Positions 1 through 13,451 are shown, counted from the first letter of the whole stretch. The stretch: 63,423 bases of DNA, filler included, from Octopus bimaculoides (GCF_001194135.2; 7 parts of 7 records of this genome joined end to end with filler, not necessarily neighbours in it), one strand, 5' to 3'. Made by a program: numbers and translations. The notes: a model not told the origin generated them from the letters alone.

Positions 1-567
1 ATATATATATATATATATGCCTTTTCCAGCAGAGCCTAATTTAGCGAACAAACTTTTATATACATAAGTTGATACACACACACATACACACATACACACA
101 TATATATTTGTGTGTGTGAGTACAGAGAGAGAATGGGGGTGGGGAGATTGAGGGATAGAAAATTGACAGATACATACATACATACATACATACATACATA
201 CATACATACATGCATATTCATATGTTTATATACGCATGAAACGGAAATACGTACATCGAATGCGCCATCTATTTTGTATATTTTTGTGTAAGCGTGTGCC
301 AGAATGACTACGTGTCTCTATGCACATGCATATATGTCTGCTTATGTGCATGTGTGTATGTGGACGTGTGCCTCTGTTGTGTGTGTATGTGTGTGTGTGT
401 GTCTTTTTTCTTGAAGCTTAATTTAACCAAAAGATATAAATTATAGGGCTGCTTGGTAACTAGTTATGAGCTGCTTAGATGGAAAATCGACGGCAAATAC
501 ATGTTAAAAGACTTTTCTAATTACACAAATCGAACTACACACGTCTCCCCAAACCTTTCACGCCATC

Positions 568-670
568 CTTCTTCTTCTTCTTCTTCTTATTCTTCTTCTT
601 CTTCTTCTTCTTCTTCTTCTTCTTCTTCTTCTTCTTCTTCTTCTTCTTCTTCTTCTTCTTCTTCTTCTTC
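568..670. repeat. (TCT)n microsatellite with one TAT interruption
   Basis: Direct reading; it is the source of the poly-S and poly-E ORFs. Confidence 0.98.
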
Positions 671-992
671 TGTGTCCCCACCGTTCTTCCTTTTATACAC
701 ACCCGCATACATATCTATGCATGCATATACATACGTTATATACATCTTTATATAGATATATCTGAGCACATACGTACACATACACACACGCACACAAACA
801 CATATATACATATATATAAGCGTACGTATGTGTACGTGTGTGTGTTGATGTGTGTGTGTTGATGTGCGTATCCACATGAATATCAAATGCAGACATTGAA
901 GTAAAAGGAGTAACCCCCCGCCCCACCCCATACGCACACATACTCAGGGACTACCTATAGACATCGAACTTTGTTATTCAGATACTGAATAT

Positions 993-1020
993 ATCCATCC
1001 ATCCATCCATCCATCCATCC

Positions 1021-1058
<38 letters not shown>

Positions 1059-1130
1059 GTGTCCCCTCTGTGTGCAGCCCTGTGTGGCTAATAAAAGAAA
1101 GTTATCTATCTATATATCTATCTATCTATC
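993..1130. repeat. Compound (ATCC)n/(ATCT)n tetranucleotide repeats running into an N gap
   Basis: Direct reading. Confidence 0.95.
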
Positions 1131-2119
1131 NNNNNNNNNNNNNNNNNNNNNNNNNNNNNNNNNNNNNNNNNNNNNNNNNNNNNNNNNNNNNNNNNNNNNN
1201 NNNNNNNNNNNNNNNNNNNNNNNNNNNNNNNNNNNNNNNNNNNNNNNNNNNNNNNNNNNNNNNNNNNNNNNNNNNNNNNNNNNNNNNNNNNNNNNNNNNN
1301 NNNNNNNNNNNNNNNNNNNNNNNNNNNNNNNNNNNNNNNNNNNNNNNNNNNNNNNNNNNNNNNNNNNNNNNNNNNNNNNNNNNNNNNNNNNNNNNNNNNN
1401 NNNNNNNNNNNNNNNNNNNNNNNNNNNNNNNNNNNNNNNNNNNNNNNNNNNNNNNNNNNNNNNNNNNNNNNNNNNNNNNNNNNNNNNNNNNNNNNNNNNN
1501 NNNNNNNNNNNNNNNNNNNNNNNNNNNNNNNNNNNNNNNNNNNNNNNNNNNNNNNNNNNATTGAGGGAGTGACATATAAGTATGTATAAGCGATCAACTT
1601 TCGGTTTTGAGACCTTATGTAACCACACAAAGATTTTAGGCCATAAAAATTCTGCCTGATTTCTACGCTTGCGGGCAAAGGACTGATAGTTTACCCTTCT
1701 CACCGGGGTCATATTCTTGTAAACCCTTGGTTCAGACACACTTTCATCATAATTCACAAATACAATCATTTTGCTCTACAATATGTTCACAGAACACATA
1801 ATAATCTCTGACATTTCTCGATATGGTTTTATTCTTGAAATATTTTCTTAGTAATTCTTCATTTCTACGTTTTTATACTTTCCTCTTCACTTGGTGTATT
1901 CGTCAAAGCTTGAGAATCATTCGCCATCAATTCTGCAGTTCCTGTGAGGCAGATGGATTTGGTCTGGAATTACATCCTGTTATGGATTATCTGTTGCTTC
2001 GTAAAAACGCCTGTAATAAACAACGAAGAAGCAGTATTTTATATTAAACAGTGTTCCGGATTAAACAATCTATTATCATTGTATATATATATATATATAT
2101 ATATGTGTGNNNNNNNNNN

Positions 2120-2149
<30 letters not shown>

Positions 2150-2154
<5 letters not shown>

Positions 2155-2300
2155 GAAGAATTTACGAAAAACAACAGACGAAGACAGGTGGTGTAAACAA
2201 CAAATGAAACAGAAAGTCTTTGACGTTTCGAGCCTACGCTCTTGAACTGAAAGGAATACAGAAAGAAATAAGGAGAGAAACAAGGAGAAAACAAATATAA
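2150..2300 (-). mobile_element. Penelope-like pLTR relic with a degenerate minimal hammerhead motif
   Basis: Minus strand reads CTTT-CAGTTCA-A-GAGC-GTAG-GCTC-GAAAC-GTC-AAAG (2253-2218); same family as the repeats at 52056 and 52716. Confidence 0.7.
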
Positions 2301-2366
2301 ATGTAGTGGTCAGCGATCTATCATGGCGAATACACACACAAACACACACACACACACCAACTAAAT

Positions 2367-2464
2367 TGCTGCAATAAGTGTGTGAATCAGAGAGAGGAAA
2401 ATGTTAAATAAAAAATAATTTGTTGGTCTTCCTGTATTTTGGTTTACCCAAAGCATCCTTCGTA
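2367..2464 (+). mobile_element. Mariner MITE 3' fragment
   Basis: tgctgcaataagtgtgtgaatc matches the element at 5401-5613; encodes CNKCVNQREENVK*; ends in a degenerate TIR (...gcatccttcg) followed by TA. Confidence 0.6.
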
Positions 2465-2471
2465 TATATAT

Positions 2472-2560
2472 AGAAGAGCTTTGTCCGAAACGTAAAACAC
2501 CCTTTCTTTCCCTCCCTGAGCGTCTTAATACTTTGCATGTACTACGTACTCGCGTTGTTT
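2472..2560 (+). mobile_element. 5'-truncated copy of the HHR-bearing Penelope pLTR family
   Basis: GAAGAGC-TTT-GTCC-GAAACGTA-AAAC...ctgagcgtc resembles 52067-52115 (gagc...gaaa.gtaaaag...ccgagcgtc). Confidence 0.5.
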
Positions 2561-2618
2561 TTTCATGTTTTTTTCTCCGTTTTTTTAAAATTATATATAT
2601 AAATATATACATATAATT

Positions 2619-2660
<42 letters not shown>

Positions 2661-3299
2661 NNNNNNNNNNNNNNNNNNNNNNNNNNNNNNNNNNNNNNNN
2701 NNNNNNNNNNNNNNNNNNNNNNNNNNNNNNNNNNNNNNNNNNNNNNNNNNNNNNNNNNNNNNNNNNNNNNNNNNNNNNNNNNNNNNNNNNNNNNNNNNNN
2801 NNNNNNNNNNNNNNNNNNNNNNNNNNNNNNNNNNNNNNNNNNNNNNNNNNNNNNNNNNNNATATATATATATATATATATATGTATACATACATACACAC
2901 ATACATGTATTACACACACATTCATTAAAATATACATATCTGTATATACATGCTCAGGCACATGCATTCACCTCCTTACTAGTATACACATATCCAGATG
3001 TAGATCCATATAGTCAGGTATTTAATCAGCCTACAAGAAGAACTCGGCCATCTTCCTAAACGAACCAGCCTCGCCTTCGGCCACGTATTGCAACCTCTCT
3101 GATGTCCAAGCTGCGATTATAATTTCCTCTAACTTAAGTCGGTCCGATAGATTTCAAAGAGACCGACTAAATACACCTCCTACCCCCACATCACACCACT
3201 TCTTGCAAAGTCCATCACGCTCTCTACCTCTTTCTCTCTCTTTCTCTCTCCCTAATTATCTATCTGTCTGTCAGTCTGTCTGCCTAACTGTTTCTCTAT

Positions 3300-3423
<124 letters not shown>

Positions 3424-3885
3424 GCATTTGCCTCGTGTTTGTTGTTTTTCCTTCTCTCTGCCTCTGGCTGGTGGTCCTCTATACCTCTTTCCTTTTCTCC
3501 CGTTCTGTATTTAATAAGGTTTCCTAGATGTATACTTACTGGTCAACAGGTTTCAGGTCAAAGGGGAAACAGATGAAATACATCCGCTCTTCCAAAAAAC
3601 CGACCTCACACACACAGACGCACACACACACACACACAAACATACACAGTCACGCACACAAACACTTAAAGACAAAGTTACCAACACACAGAAACACACA
3701 CACTACACGTAGATATATATACACCCACGTGCGGCAGGCATGAAGACAATAGATTATCTGATTTCCGTCTTTTGATGTTTCATTATGGACTTTTTTTCAA
3801 GATTATTTCTACGAGGAATTAACCTGCACTTTTATGTAGAGGGGAAAAATACGATCAACACAAATGACTGTGCGATTTGCGTGTG

Positions 3886-3889
<4 letters not shown>

Positions 3890-3919
<30 letters not shown>

Positions 3920-3975
3920 TGTATGTATGTATGTATGTATGTATGTACGTATGTATGTATGTATGTATGTATGTA
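3890..3975. repeat. (TATG)n microsatellite
   Basis: Direct reading. Confidence 0.95.
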
Positions 3976-4139
3976 AGTATTATGTATGTATACATACGTA
4001 TGTGTGTGTGAGTGTGTATTTATATGTGAATGTCTTGCATACAAGTGTACATACATACATACATACATACATACATGCATACATATATAATTCAAATAAT
4101 ATATGAGTATCTGCATATATACGTACATGTATGTACATA

Positions 4140-4270
4140 CCTACATCTACATGTATATATAGATGCATATCTGGGTACAGGACGCTGCAAAAAAAACGTG
4201 GACAAAATGATAAACAGAGTACCGAAGACACACAGGCCACATAGAGAACATTTCCTTCATCAGCTGCCAC
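4140..4270. repeat. Dispersed repeat (gggtacaggac...cgtggaca family); second copy at about 8110-8170
   Basis: gggtacaggacgctgcaaaaaaaacgtggacaaaat versus gggtacaggacatcaaaaaagcgtggacagaat. Confidence 0.7.
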
Positions 4271-4748
4271 GGAGAACATATATGTATATCTATATATACA
4301 TATATATGTATATACATGTGTGTATACCTAGACGTACGCACACGCACAAGTGACTCACCTTGGTGAATGAAACATAAAATGGTGCCCCTACGCGCTGCGA
4401 TTTGTAAGCAAAATAATAATTATTCAACAATATACGAAACATCTTTGTCAGTAAACTTTTGGTTAGATTTGAATGGAAAACCAGATAGAAATAAGACGAT
4501 ATTTTGAACATTCATCATGTCGCAGAACCCTTCCATTTCAATTTCGGATTGGAATGTTCTCAAACAACCGTTACATCTGCACGAAAATACACTTCGCACT
4601 CATTTTAGATCTTGAGCGCATAAAATTACAAGCTGGTAAAGACATATTATACTGCTATATCGTCAGGAAGTATATTCTTGATTGGAGTAAAACTTATCTT
4701 CATTGGTGTTCGAAAAATACGTATTTCTAAATACATACACACTGATGC

Positions 4749-4792
<44 letters not shown>

Positions 4793-4892
4793 NNNNNNNN
4801 NNNNNNNNNNNNNNNNNNNNNNNNNNNNNNNNNNNNTTAATTAATTAANNNNNNNNNNNNNNNNNNNNNNNNNNNNNNNNNNNNNNNNNNNN
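4793..4892. other. Artificial scaffold-gap marker N44-TTAATTAATTAA-N44 (also 14900-14999, 20321-20420, 38671-38770, 55206-55305, 61030-61129)
   Basis: Six identical 100-nt blocks; the palindromic 12-mer puts stop codons in all six frames. Confidence 0.97.
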
Positions 4893-4941
4893 TGTGTGTG
4901 TGTGTGTTGTGTGTGTGTTGTGTGTGTGTGTTGTGTGTGTG

Positions 4942-4994
<53 letters not shown>

Positions 4995-5400
4995 TTACAT
5001 ATATATATATAAAGACAAGAGACACAAAAAATCAGAGATACAGAAAATGAATTCCGTTGTTTAAACATTTCAAACGTTTCGACTCATCCTGCATTTGCAA
5101 CTCAGAGGTGAAATGCTGTGCAGTTAGCTGTCTTGAAATCACAGGTGCATATTGCGTCTCCTCGGGTAACTGTTTAAACAGGTTCCTTCTTCTTTCTCCT
5201 ATCCATATTCTCGAGCTCTTTTAAGATATATTTTTAGTAAATCCGTTACCTTCAAACAGGAATCATAAGGAAATTAGAGAAGACAGATTTCTTCTCAAAA
5301 CGTAGCTCAATTAAACAGACTGATAAAGACATATATAAATACAATGCAAAACCTGAAATATTCCTAGATAATATAACAAAATCGAAACTGGACATATATA

Positions 5401-5613
5401 CGACAGGATGCTGAAAAGTTCCTGGCTTTGAGTAAAACTTAATTATGGTTTTTTTTTTCGTTTTTTTTTCAACATATTTCCTTCGGAGATTCACACACTT
5501 ATTGCAGCAACCCTTCAGTTTTTCTAAGCCCTGGACATGAACTCGGAAGGCTGGGCCCCCAGCCAGGGCTTTCACAATACCCTTAAAACCAAAAACTATT
5601 CAGTACCCCTTCG
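5401..5613 (-). mobile_element. Mariner-derived MITE carrying the transposase C-terminus
   Basis: About 31-bp imperfect TIRs (22/31 identical: CGACAGGATGCTGAAAAGTTCCTGG / revcomp CGAAGGGGTACTGAATAGTTTTTGG), with TA on the left. Minus strand encodes GLEKLKGCCNKCVNLRRKYVEK, like the mariner C-terminal ...KCV.L.G.YVEK motif. Confidence 0.85.
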
Positions 5614-5617
5614 TGTG

Positions 5618-5651
<34 letters not shown>

Positions 5652-5842
5652 CGTTCATATAATGATATCTCCACAATATATTGGTGAGATAAAACATGTA
5701 ATCGTTACCAAATAGTAAAATTGCGTCCACAAATGTCTATAGTAAACTCCTTATGGATCGATCTCCTTGGTTAAATATCAAAAATTTAAATGTAGCTTTA
5801 ATATAAATAGATATTAGCGTCAAAACTCTAATTTTAATTTTT

Positions 5843-5881
<39 letters not shown>

Positions 5882-5892
5882 TGTTCCTGTTG

Positions 5893-6209
5893 TTGGCACT
5901 CCATCGCTTACAACGTCGAGGGTTCCAGTTGATCCGATCAACGGAACAGCCTGCTCGTGAAATTAACGTGCAAGTGGCTGAGCACCCCACAGACACGTGT
6001 ACCCTCAACGCAGTTCTCGAGGGTAATCAGCATGACACAGTGTGACAAGGCTGACCCTTTGAATTACATGCACAACAGAAACAGGAAGTAAGAGTGAGAG
6101 AAAGTTGTGGTGAAAGAGTACAGCAGGTTTCACCACCATCCCCTGCCGGAGCCTCGTGGAGCTTTAGGTGTTTTCGCTCTATAAACACTCACAACACCCG
6201 GTCTGGGAA
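5893..6209 (-). mobile_element. tRNA-derived SINE family B body (head lost in the gap)
   Basis: High similarity to 36001-36255 and 47358-47835 (ccagttgatccgat.aacggaacagcctgctcgt.aaattaacgtgca...). Confidence 0.85.
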
Positions 6210-6869
6210 NNNNNNNNNNNNNNNNNNNNNNNNNNNNNNNNNNNNNNNNNNNNNNNNNNNNNNNNNNNNNNNNNNNNNNNNNNNNNNNNNNNNNNNNNNN
6301 NNNNNNNNNNNNNNNNNNNNNNNNNNNNNNNNNNNNNNNNNNNNNNNNNNNNNNNNNNNNNNNNNNNNNNNNNNNNNNNNNNNNNNNNNNNNNNNNNNNN
6401 NNNNNNNNNNNNNNNNNNNNNNNNNNNNNNNNNNNNNNNNNNNNNNNNNNNNNNNNNNNNNNNNNNNNNNNNNNNNNNNNNNNNNNNNNNNNNNNNNNNN
6501 NNNNNNNNNNNNNNNNNNNNNNNNNNNNNNNNNNNNNNNNNNNNNNNNNNNNNNNNNNNNNNNNNNNNNNNNNNNNNNNNNNNNNNNNNNNNNNNNNNNN
6601 NNATATATATAGTATATACTAGCTGTTGGACCCGGTGTTCTTCGTGTTATCCGTGTCGAATTTAAGCCCACTCCTGACTTTGTATTAAAATCTTCTACGT
6701 TCCCCTTACCAACTATTACCCATTAAGACGTTATATCTGGTTCGGCAGGTATTTGAACCGGTTAATGCTTTTGGCATTCTCCTACATACCGGACCATCTG
6801 AAATCGCAGTCAAACTTTCGGGTGGACCTCAGAAGGTCGCCCCTTCCCCAACCACACCTTTCTCGACTC

Positions 6870-6904
6870 TCTTAATACCAGGAACTTTTCAACACCCTCT
6901 CGTA
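6870..6904. mobile_element. Solitary mariner-type TIR of the same family as the 5401 element
   Basis: Reverse complement is TA-CGAGAGGGTGTTGAAAAGTTCCTGGTATTAAGA. Confidence 0.7.
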
Positions 6905-7659
6905 GATCACGCTGCCAGAACAAAATATCCAAACAGGTGAATAATCTATGAAGGCATATATCACAAACAATAAAATCATTATGTCGAGTATATTTTGTGT
7001 GTCGCTAAGTCTTCACACACGAAGTTTTGTTATATCAAACTTAATTAAGATGGAAAGAATTTATAACATTACACACATTTACATGCTCACATACGTTGTT
7101 GCACTCACGCACCGACAAACATACACATACACGCTGATATATACATACATGTACATACAGATGATAGACACACACATTGTTATAAATGCCCGCTGAAATC
7201 CACACATTCACACACTAACTCACATATTGATACACCCGAATATACCACCGCCTACACACACATATTAGTATATATAAATATATATAAACTTACTCGGTGG
7301 CACGCTCTCACATTGACGCTCACACAGTGATATACATATACTGACTGCCATACATACATACATCGATACACGAACCCTCTTACACTTACGCTATTTTCAT
7401 ATGGTACTTCTCAAAGTGATAATATTACAGAGTGAATTGAAAATAACTATAATTATTACTATAATAATAATAATAATTATAACGTTGATTACGATAATAA
7501 TGATAACAATGGTACTGGTAATTATAAATAATTGCATACATACGTGTAGTTAAGTAGGGATGGATCGGTGTACAACCATTGTATAAAGTATATTTTACTT
7601 GTTTTGGTAAATATTATATTCACTCAAATTATAATCATAAGTGTCATTCTTACTCGGTT

Positions 7660-7690
<31 letters not shown>

Positions 7691-9229
7691 AATCGGTATG
7701 TATATATGTGCAGTTGCATACAAGCACATATACACACATCCATACGCTCTAACGCAACTCGTATATGAACTCATTTGCACATATATACCGACGTATACAC
7801 GCAACCAAATATATGGATACATGTATATATACCCACTTACATATTCATTTACATATTCCTATACACGCATATATAAACACCCATACATATATTATACATA
7901 AGTACATGTGTGTGAGTATGTATATGTGTGCAAGCCCGTGTGCGTGTCTGTGTACATGTCAATATTTATTAAGACACTGATATATTCTTATTAAACATTA
8001 AACTATTTATAAGAGCCTATAAAACGAATACATATTTTGTCAAGATATGGTTCTATGTAAATAGAAATAAAACATAGCATAAACAGTCACAATGCATATA
8101 TATGTATATATATATACATGCATATATGGGTACAGGACATCAAAAAAGCGTGGACAGAATAAGAAACGAGAACAAAAAAAAAAACAAAAAGGTGGAAAAC
8201 GAACTTTTTTTCGAACAACGAAAAAAAAAACAAAGAAACAGAGAANNNNNNNNNNNNNNNNNNNNNNNNNNNNNNNNNNNNNNNNNNNNNNNNNNNNNNN
8301 NNNNNNNNNNNNNNNNNNNNNNNNNNNNNNNNNNNNNNNNNNNNNNNNNNNNNNNNNNNNNNNNNNNNNNNNNNNNNNNNNNNNNNNNNNNNNNNNNNNN
8401 NNNNNNNNNNNNNNNNNNNNNNNNNNNNNNNNNNNNNNNNNNNNNNNNNNNNNNNNNNNNNNNNNNNNNNNNNNNNNNNNNNNNNNNNNNNNNNNNNNNN
8501 NNNNNNNNNNNNNNNNNNNNNNNNNNNNNNNNNNNNNNNNNNNNNNNNNNNNNNNNNNNNNNNNNNNNNNNNNNNNNNNNNNNNNNNNNNNNNNNNNNNN
8601 NNNNNNNNNNNNNNNNNNNNNNNNNNNNNNNNNNNNNNNNNNNNNNNNNNNNNNNNNNNNNNNNNNNNNNNNNNNNNNNNNNNNNNNNNNNNNNNNNNNN
8701 NNNNNNNNNNNNNNNNNNNNNNNNNNNNNNNNNNNNNNNNNNNNNNNNNNNNNNNNNNNNNNNNNNNNNNNNNNNNNNNNNNNNNNNNNNNNNNNNNNNN
8801 NNNNNNNNNNNNNNNNNNNNNNNNNNNNNNNNNNNNNNNNNNNNNNNNNNNNNNNNNNNNNNNNNNNNNNNNNNNNNNNNNNNNNNNNNNNNNNNNNNNN
8901 NNNNNNNNNNNNNNNNNNNNNNNNNNNNNNNNNNNNNNNNNNNNNNNNNNNNNNNNNNNNNNNNNNNNNNNNNNNNNNNNNNNNNNNNNNNNNNNNNNNN
9001 NNNNNNNNNNNNNNNNNNNNNNNNNNNNNNNNNNNNNNNNNNNNNNNNNNNNNNNNNNNNNNNNNNNNNNNNNNNNNNNNNNNNNNNNNNNNNNNNNNNN
9101 NNNNNNNNNNNNNNNNNNNNNNNNNNNNNNNNNNNNNNNNNNNNNNNNNNNNNNNNNNNNNNNNNNNNNNNNNNNNNNNNNNNNNNNNNNNNNNNNNNNN
9201 NNNNNNNNNNNNNNNNNNNNNNNNNNNNN

Positions 9230-9263
<34 letters not shown>

Positions 9264-10077
9264 TATATAAATAATGGGAGCGAGCATGTACCTAAGGTCT
9301 CTCTATAGCAGAGTAAAAATATGCATATTCCCTGAGAGGACATGATTTAACAGCTCTCTATGGGAATCCGCCTCCTTAATTGATAAACAAGGGCTATTAG
9401 CTCTTTTGGGCTCTATAATCGCAACAGATTATCTCCTGTAGTAAAACACTTACTGTATTGGCTTTGCTATAACTACACCTTTAACTGTCTATATCAATAG
9501 GTGTATGTGTATGTATGCGCGTGTTTGTGCTTGGGTATGTATGGACGTAGGTGTGTAGCATGATTCAGTGATGCTGTATACTCGGTCAAGCTAAACTGCA
9601 CCATGTGATATATTATCACAGACGAATAACATTCTACTTACCTTAGATCTATCTACCTATCTGGTAGATCAATTGACCGATGGATCTTATCTCCGTCTCT
9701 ACTGTAATGTTGGCCCTTATCTTTATAAATATATCGCAATATACTCTTATACATTTTCGTGCTTGTATGGATATGTGTCTATATATAATTATCTCTCTCT
9801 CTCTCTCTCTCTNNNNNNNNNNNNNNNNNNNNNNNNNNNNNNNNNNNNNNNNNNNNNNNNNNNNNNNNNNNNNNNNNNNNNNNNNNNNNNNNNNNNNNNN
9901 NNNNNNNNNNNNNNNNNNNNNNNNNNNNNNNNNNNNNNNNNNNNNTATATATATATGGGTATATATGTGTATATATATACATACGTATACATTTATAACC
10001 GTATATATATATGTGTACATATATATATATATATATACATATATGTGTACATATATATATATGTTTATGTATATATG

Positions 10078-10114
<37 letters not shown>

Positions 10115-10865
10115 ATGTACACATAAAAATATACACACATACATATGCATATTACATTCATTTATAGGGAGACATAGATAGATAGATAGATAGATAGATA
10201 GACAGACAGATAAACAGACAGATAAACAGAAAGATAGACAGGTAGATAGATATATAGATGGATAGATAGATAGATAGGTAGATAGATAGATAGAAAAAAT
10301 AGAAAAATACATAGATAAATAGAACGACAGACAGACAGACAGACAAACTAGTACAAACTTCCATACATGCATACATACACAGTACATAGCATCAAGCACA
10401 CATACATAAGCACATACGTCCCTCAACACAGGAATACACACATATACGCAAACATTCTTGGGCATTAGTCAGCATTATTCAAGCCACCCAATGAAAGGAG
10501 TGACGGAGCACAATCAACCCGTATATATGATAACCCTCCTTATTAATACGATTCCTATTATCATTACCATTATCATCATCATCATCATTATTATTATTAT
10601 TATTACTATTATTATTATTATGTTAGCGGAATCATTATTAAGTTATTTCTATAGACCTCTGCCAACATCTAATAAATACACATAAATAAATACAGTCTTT
10701 AGGATTTGGCTTGTTGTTATTTTCCTTTTTTTCTCTTCCTCTTTCTTTTGCGTTGGTTATTTTATCTCTTCCAACCATACACCTTCCTTCTCTTATACAT
10801 ATTGTCTATCTGTCTGCGCCGCTCCATCTGTGTGCGACCGTTGTTACTCATGCGTATGAGTGTGT

Positions 10866-10902
<37 letters not shown>

Positions 10903-11263
10903 ACACAGATATATATAAATAATCATATATCTACATATATATATACACTTATATATAAATACATGCATACATATATACATACATGCATATGTGTATCTAT
11001 ATATATATACACACAGTATATGTATGTGTTTGTAAGTATATATAAGTGTGTGTGTGTGTGTGTGTGTCTTGTTTTGCCTTTCTTTTCCTTTCTATCAGTC
11101 CTGTGTATGTAGTTCCGTGTTATTCAACGATGACAAGGTATGGACAACGGGGAGAAGGAAGGGACGGGGTACAGGGAGGAGGAAGGATGCTAATCTATAC
11201 GATGACATATTTTATTTATCACTCCACGTATAAATACATATATACACGTATCGGACATACACA

Positions 11264-11320
<57 letters not shown>

Positions 11321-11855
11321 GTGCATATATGCAAATATACGTATATACATATATAGACAGATAGATATATAGATATATACATATATACCTGCATATATGT
11401 GTGTGCGCGTGTGTGTGCGTGTGTGTGTGTGTGTATGTACGTATGTATATGTATTTGTATATACATATATATATGTATATATAGGCCAGTCAGATGAGTG
11501 AGAATTTCTTTAGAAGTTCATTTGGTATTCATTCAAAACACGTAATGGCGCAATTTCTCTTCTTGTACCTGCGATCGCTATCAATAGTGGTAGTAAGAGT
11601 AAGAGCAATAACAGGAGAAGCAGCAGCTGTATTAACATTAGCATTGTTAGTATTATTATTATTCGTAGTCGGCGTTTTCAATGTGGCGCTGGTGGTAGTG
11701 TAGGTGGTGGGATTGGTGGAGCTGGTGGCTATGGTAGTGGTAGTTTTTTTTTTTTAGTCTTTCATTCTCGCTCTTTTTACCCTTTCTACCCGTTATCTTA
11801 TTTCAACTTGAATGTTATTTCATCTTGACAACAAACACATACTCGTGCACACGCT

Positions 11856-11897
<42 letters not shown>

Positions 11898-12153
11898 CAT
11901 ATATGTATGTATTTATAAGTGTATGTACTCACACGCGTATGCAAGCATTTATCTATATCTCTCTCTCACTCTCTCCCACTCTCTCTCTCTCTCTCTCTCT
12001 CTCCCACTCTCTTTCTCTCTCTCTCTATATATATATATACATGCTTATATATACATACATACATATATGTATGTGTCCATGATGTATACGCACACACACA
12101 CGCACACACACACACACACACACACATACATATATATATATANNNNNNNNNNC

Positions 12154-12200
<47 letters not shown>

Positions 12201-12478
12201 TGTGTTTTGTGTGTGTTTGAGTGTATGTCTGAGTGTGTGTGTGTGTGAGAGAGTGTTTGAGATAGAGGAACAGATTATACATGGTTTACCAAGATATCAA
12301 ATGATTCCATGGATGAAGCGGGGTTTATACACGCTTTGATGTATTTTTACACACAGACACACGCTCACAGATGTATATGTGCATATATCTATATGCACAT
12401 ATAAACATACATGTACAAACACACACACACACATATATGTGTGTGTATGGACGTATGTATGTATATACGCATGTACGC

Positions 12479-12533
<55 letters not shown>

Positions 12534-12699
12534 TTGCCAGATAAAGAAAGATAGAGTGAAATAGAGCGTGCAATGCGAGGTAATGTTTAGAAAAAGATAC
12601 AAAAAAGTAGGTAGATAGATAGATAGATATAAAAGTCCACCCGATAACTACCATCTATATATCACTCATTCATCACTCCTCATAAACATATATATATAC

Positions 12700-12736
<37 letters not shown>

Positions 12737-12892
12737 CTTATATTTATATACATGTATATATGTATGTTTATATATATACATATATATATATGTATATGTA
12801 TCTGTTTATATATATATATATATATACTTGTTTGTGTATTTATATTTTTATAATATATCCACATATGCACGTGTCCTTGTATATGTATGTTT

Positions 12893-12933
<41 letters not shown>

Positions 12934-13027
12934 TTTCTTTGTGTGTTTACATATATACACTTACGTGTTTGATGCTCGCTTTAATGTATGTGTGTGTGCA
13001 TATACACAGATACATATGTCTTTGTAT

Positions 13028-13072
<45 letters not shown>

Positions 13073-13379
13073 CGTACATACATATATATACATACATACA
13101 AATATATAAATGATACAGATGTAAATGTGTCGATAAAATCTAAATAGACACTAGGAAAATGAAATACAGATTGATAGATCGGAGTGGAGTACGAAAAATT
13201 CATGCATATGAGCGTGCGTGTATAAATACACTCATACGTATCCACATATGTGTATGTACATATATGCAGAGAGAGAAGTTGATAGGCAGATAGTTATGTG
13301 CACACGCATTATCCCCTTTATTCTATCTCACCCCGTTTATCTCTGTCTCCGCCTTATCCTCTCTCCAACTCTCTCTGGG

Positions 13380-13451
<72 letters not shown>

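Noticed and set aside
4225-4266. CTGATGAAGG on the minus strand as a hammerhead
   Set aside because: No downstream GAAA or stem II/III.
4837-4848. TTAATTAATTAA occurring six times, like a conserved motif or CRISPR-type repeat
   Set aside because: It is always centred in exactly 44+44 Ns, so it is an assembly marker and not biology.
6614-6660. ATACTAGCTG...CCCGG start resembling a Helentron/HINE terminus
   Set aside because: Only a short resemblance next to a gap, with no matching other end.
8040-9343. Long ORFs (up to 418 aa) in the track here and at 1057, 6094, 13683, 15837, 36638, 39746, 45627 and 61274
   Set aside because: They stay open only because they run through N gaps or microsatellites.
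11560-11742. T/N/A-rich open frame on the minus strand ending at CAG|GTACAA
   Set aside because: Degenerate trinucleotide repeat with an upstream in-frame stop and no acceptor or start codon.
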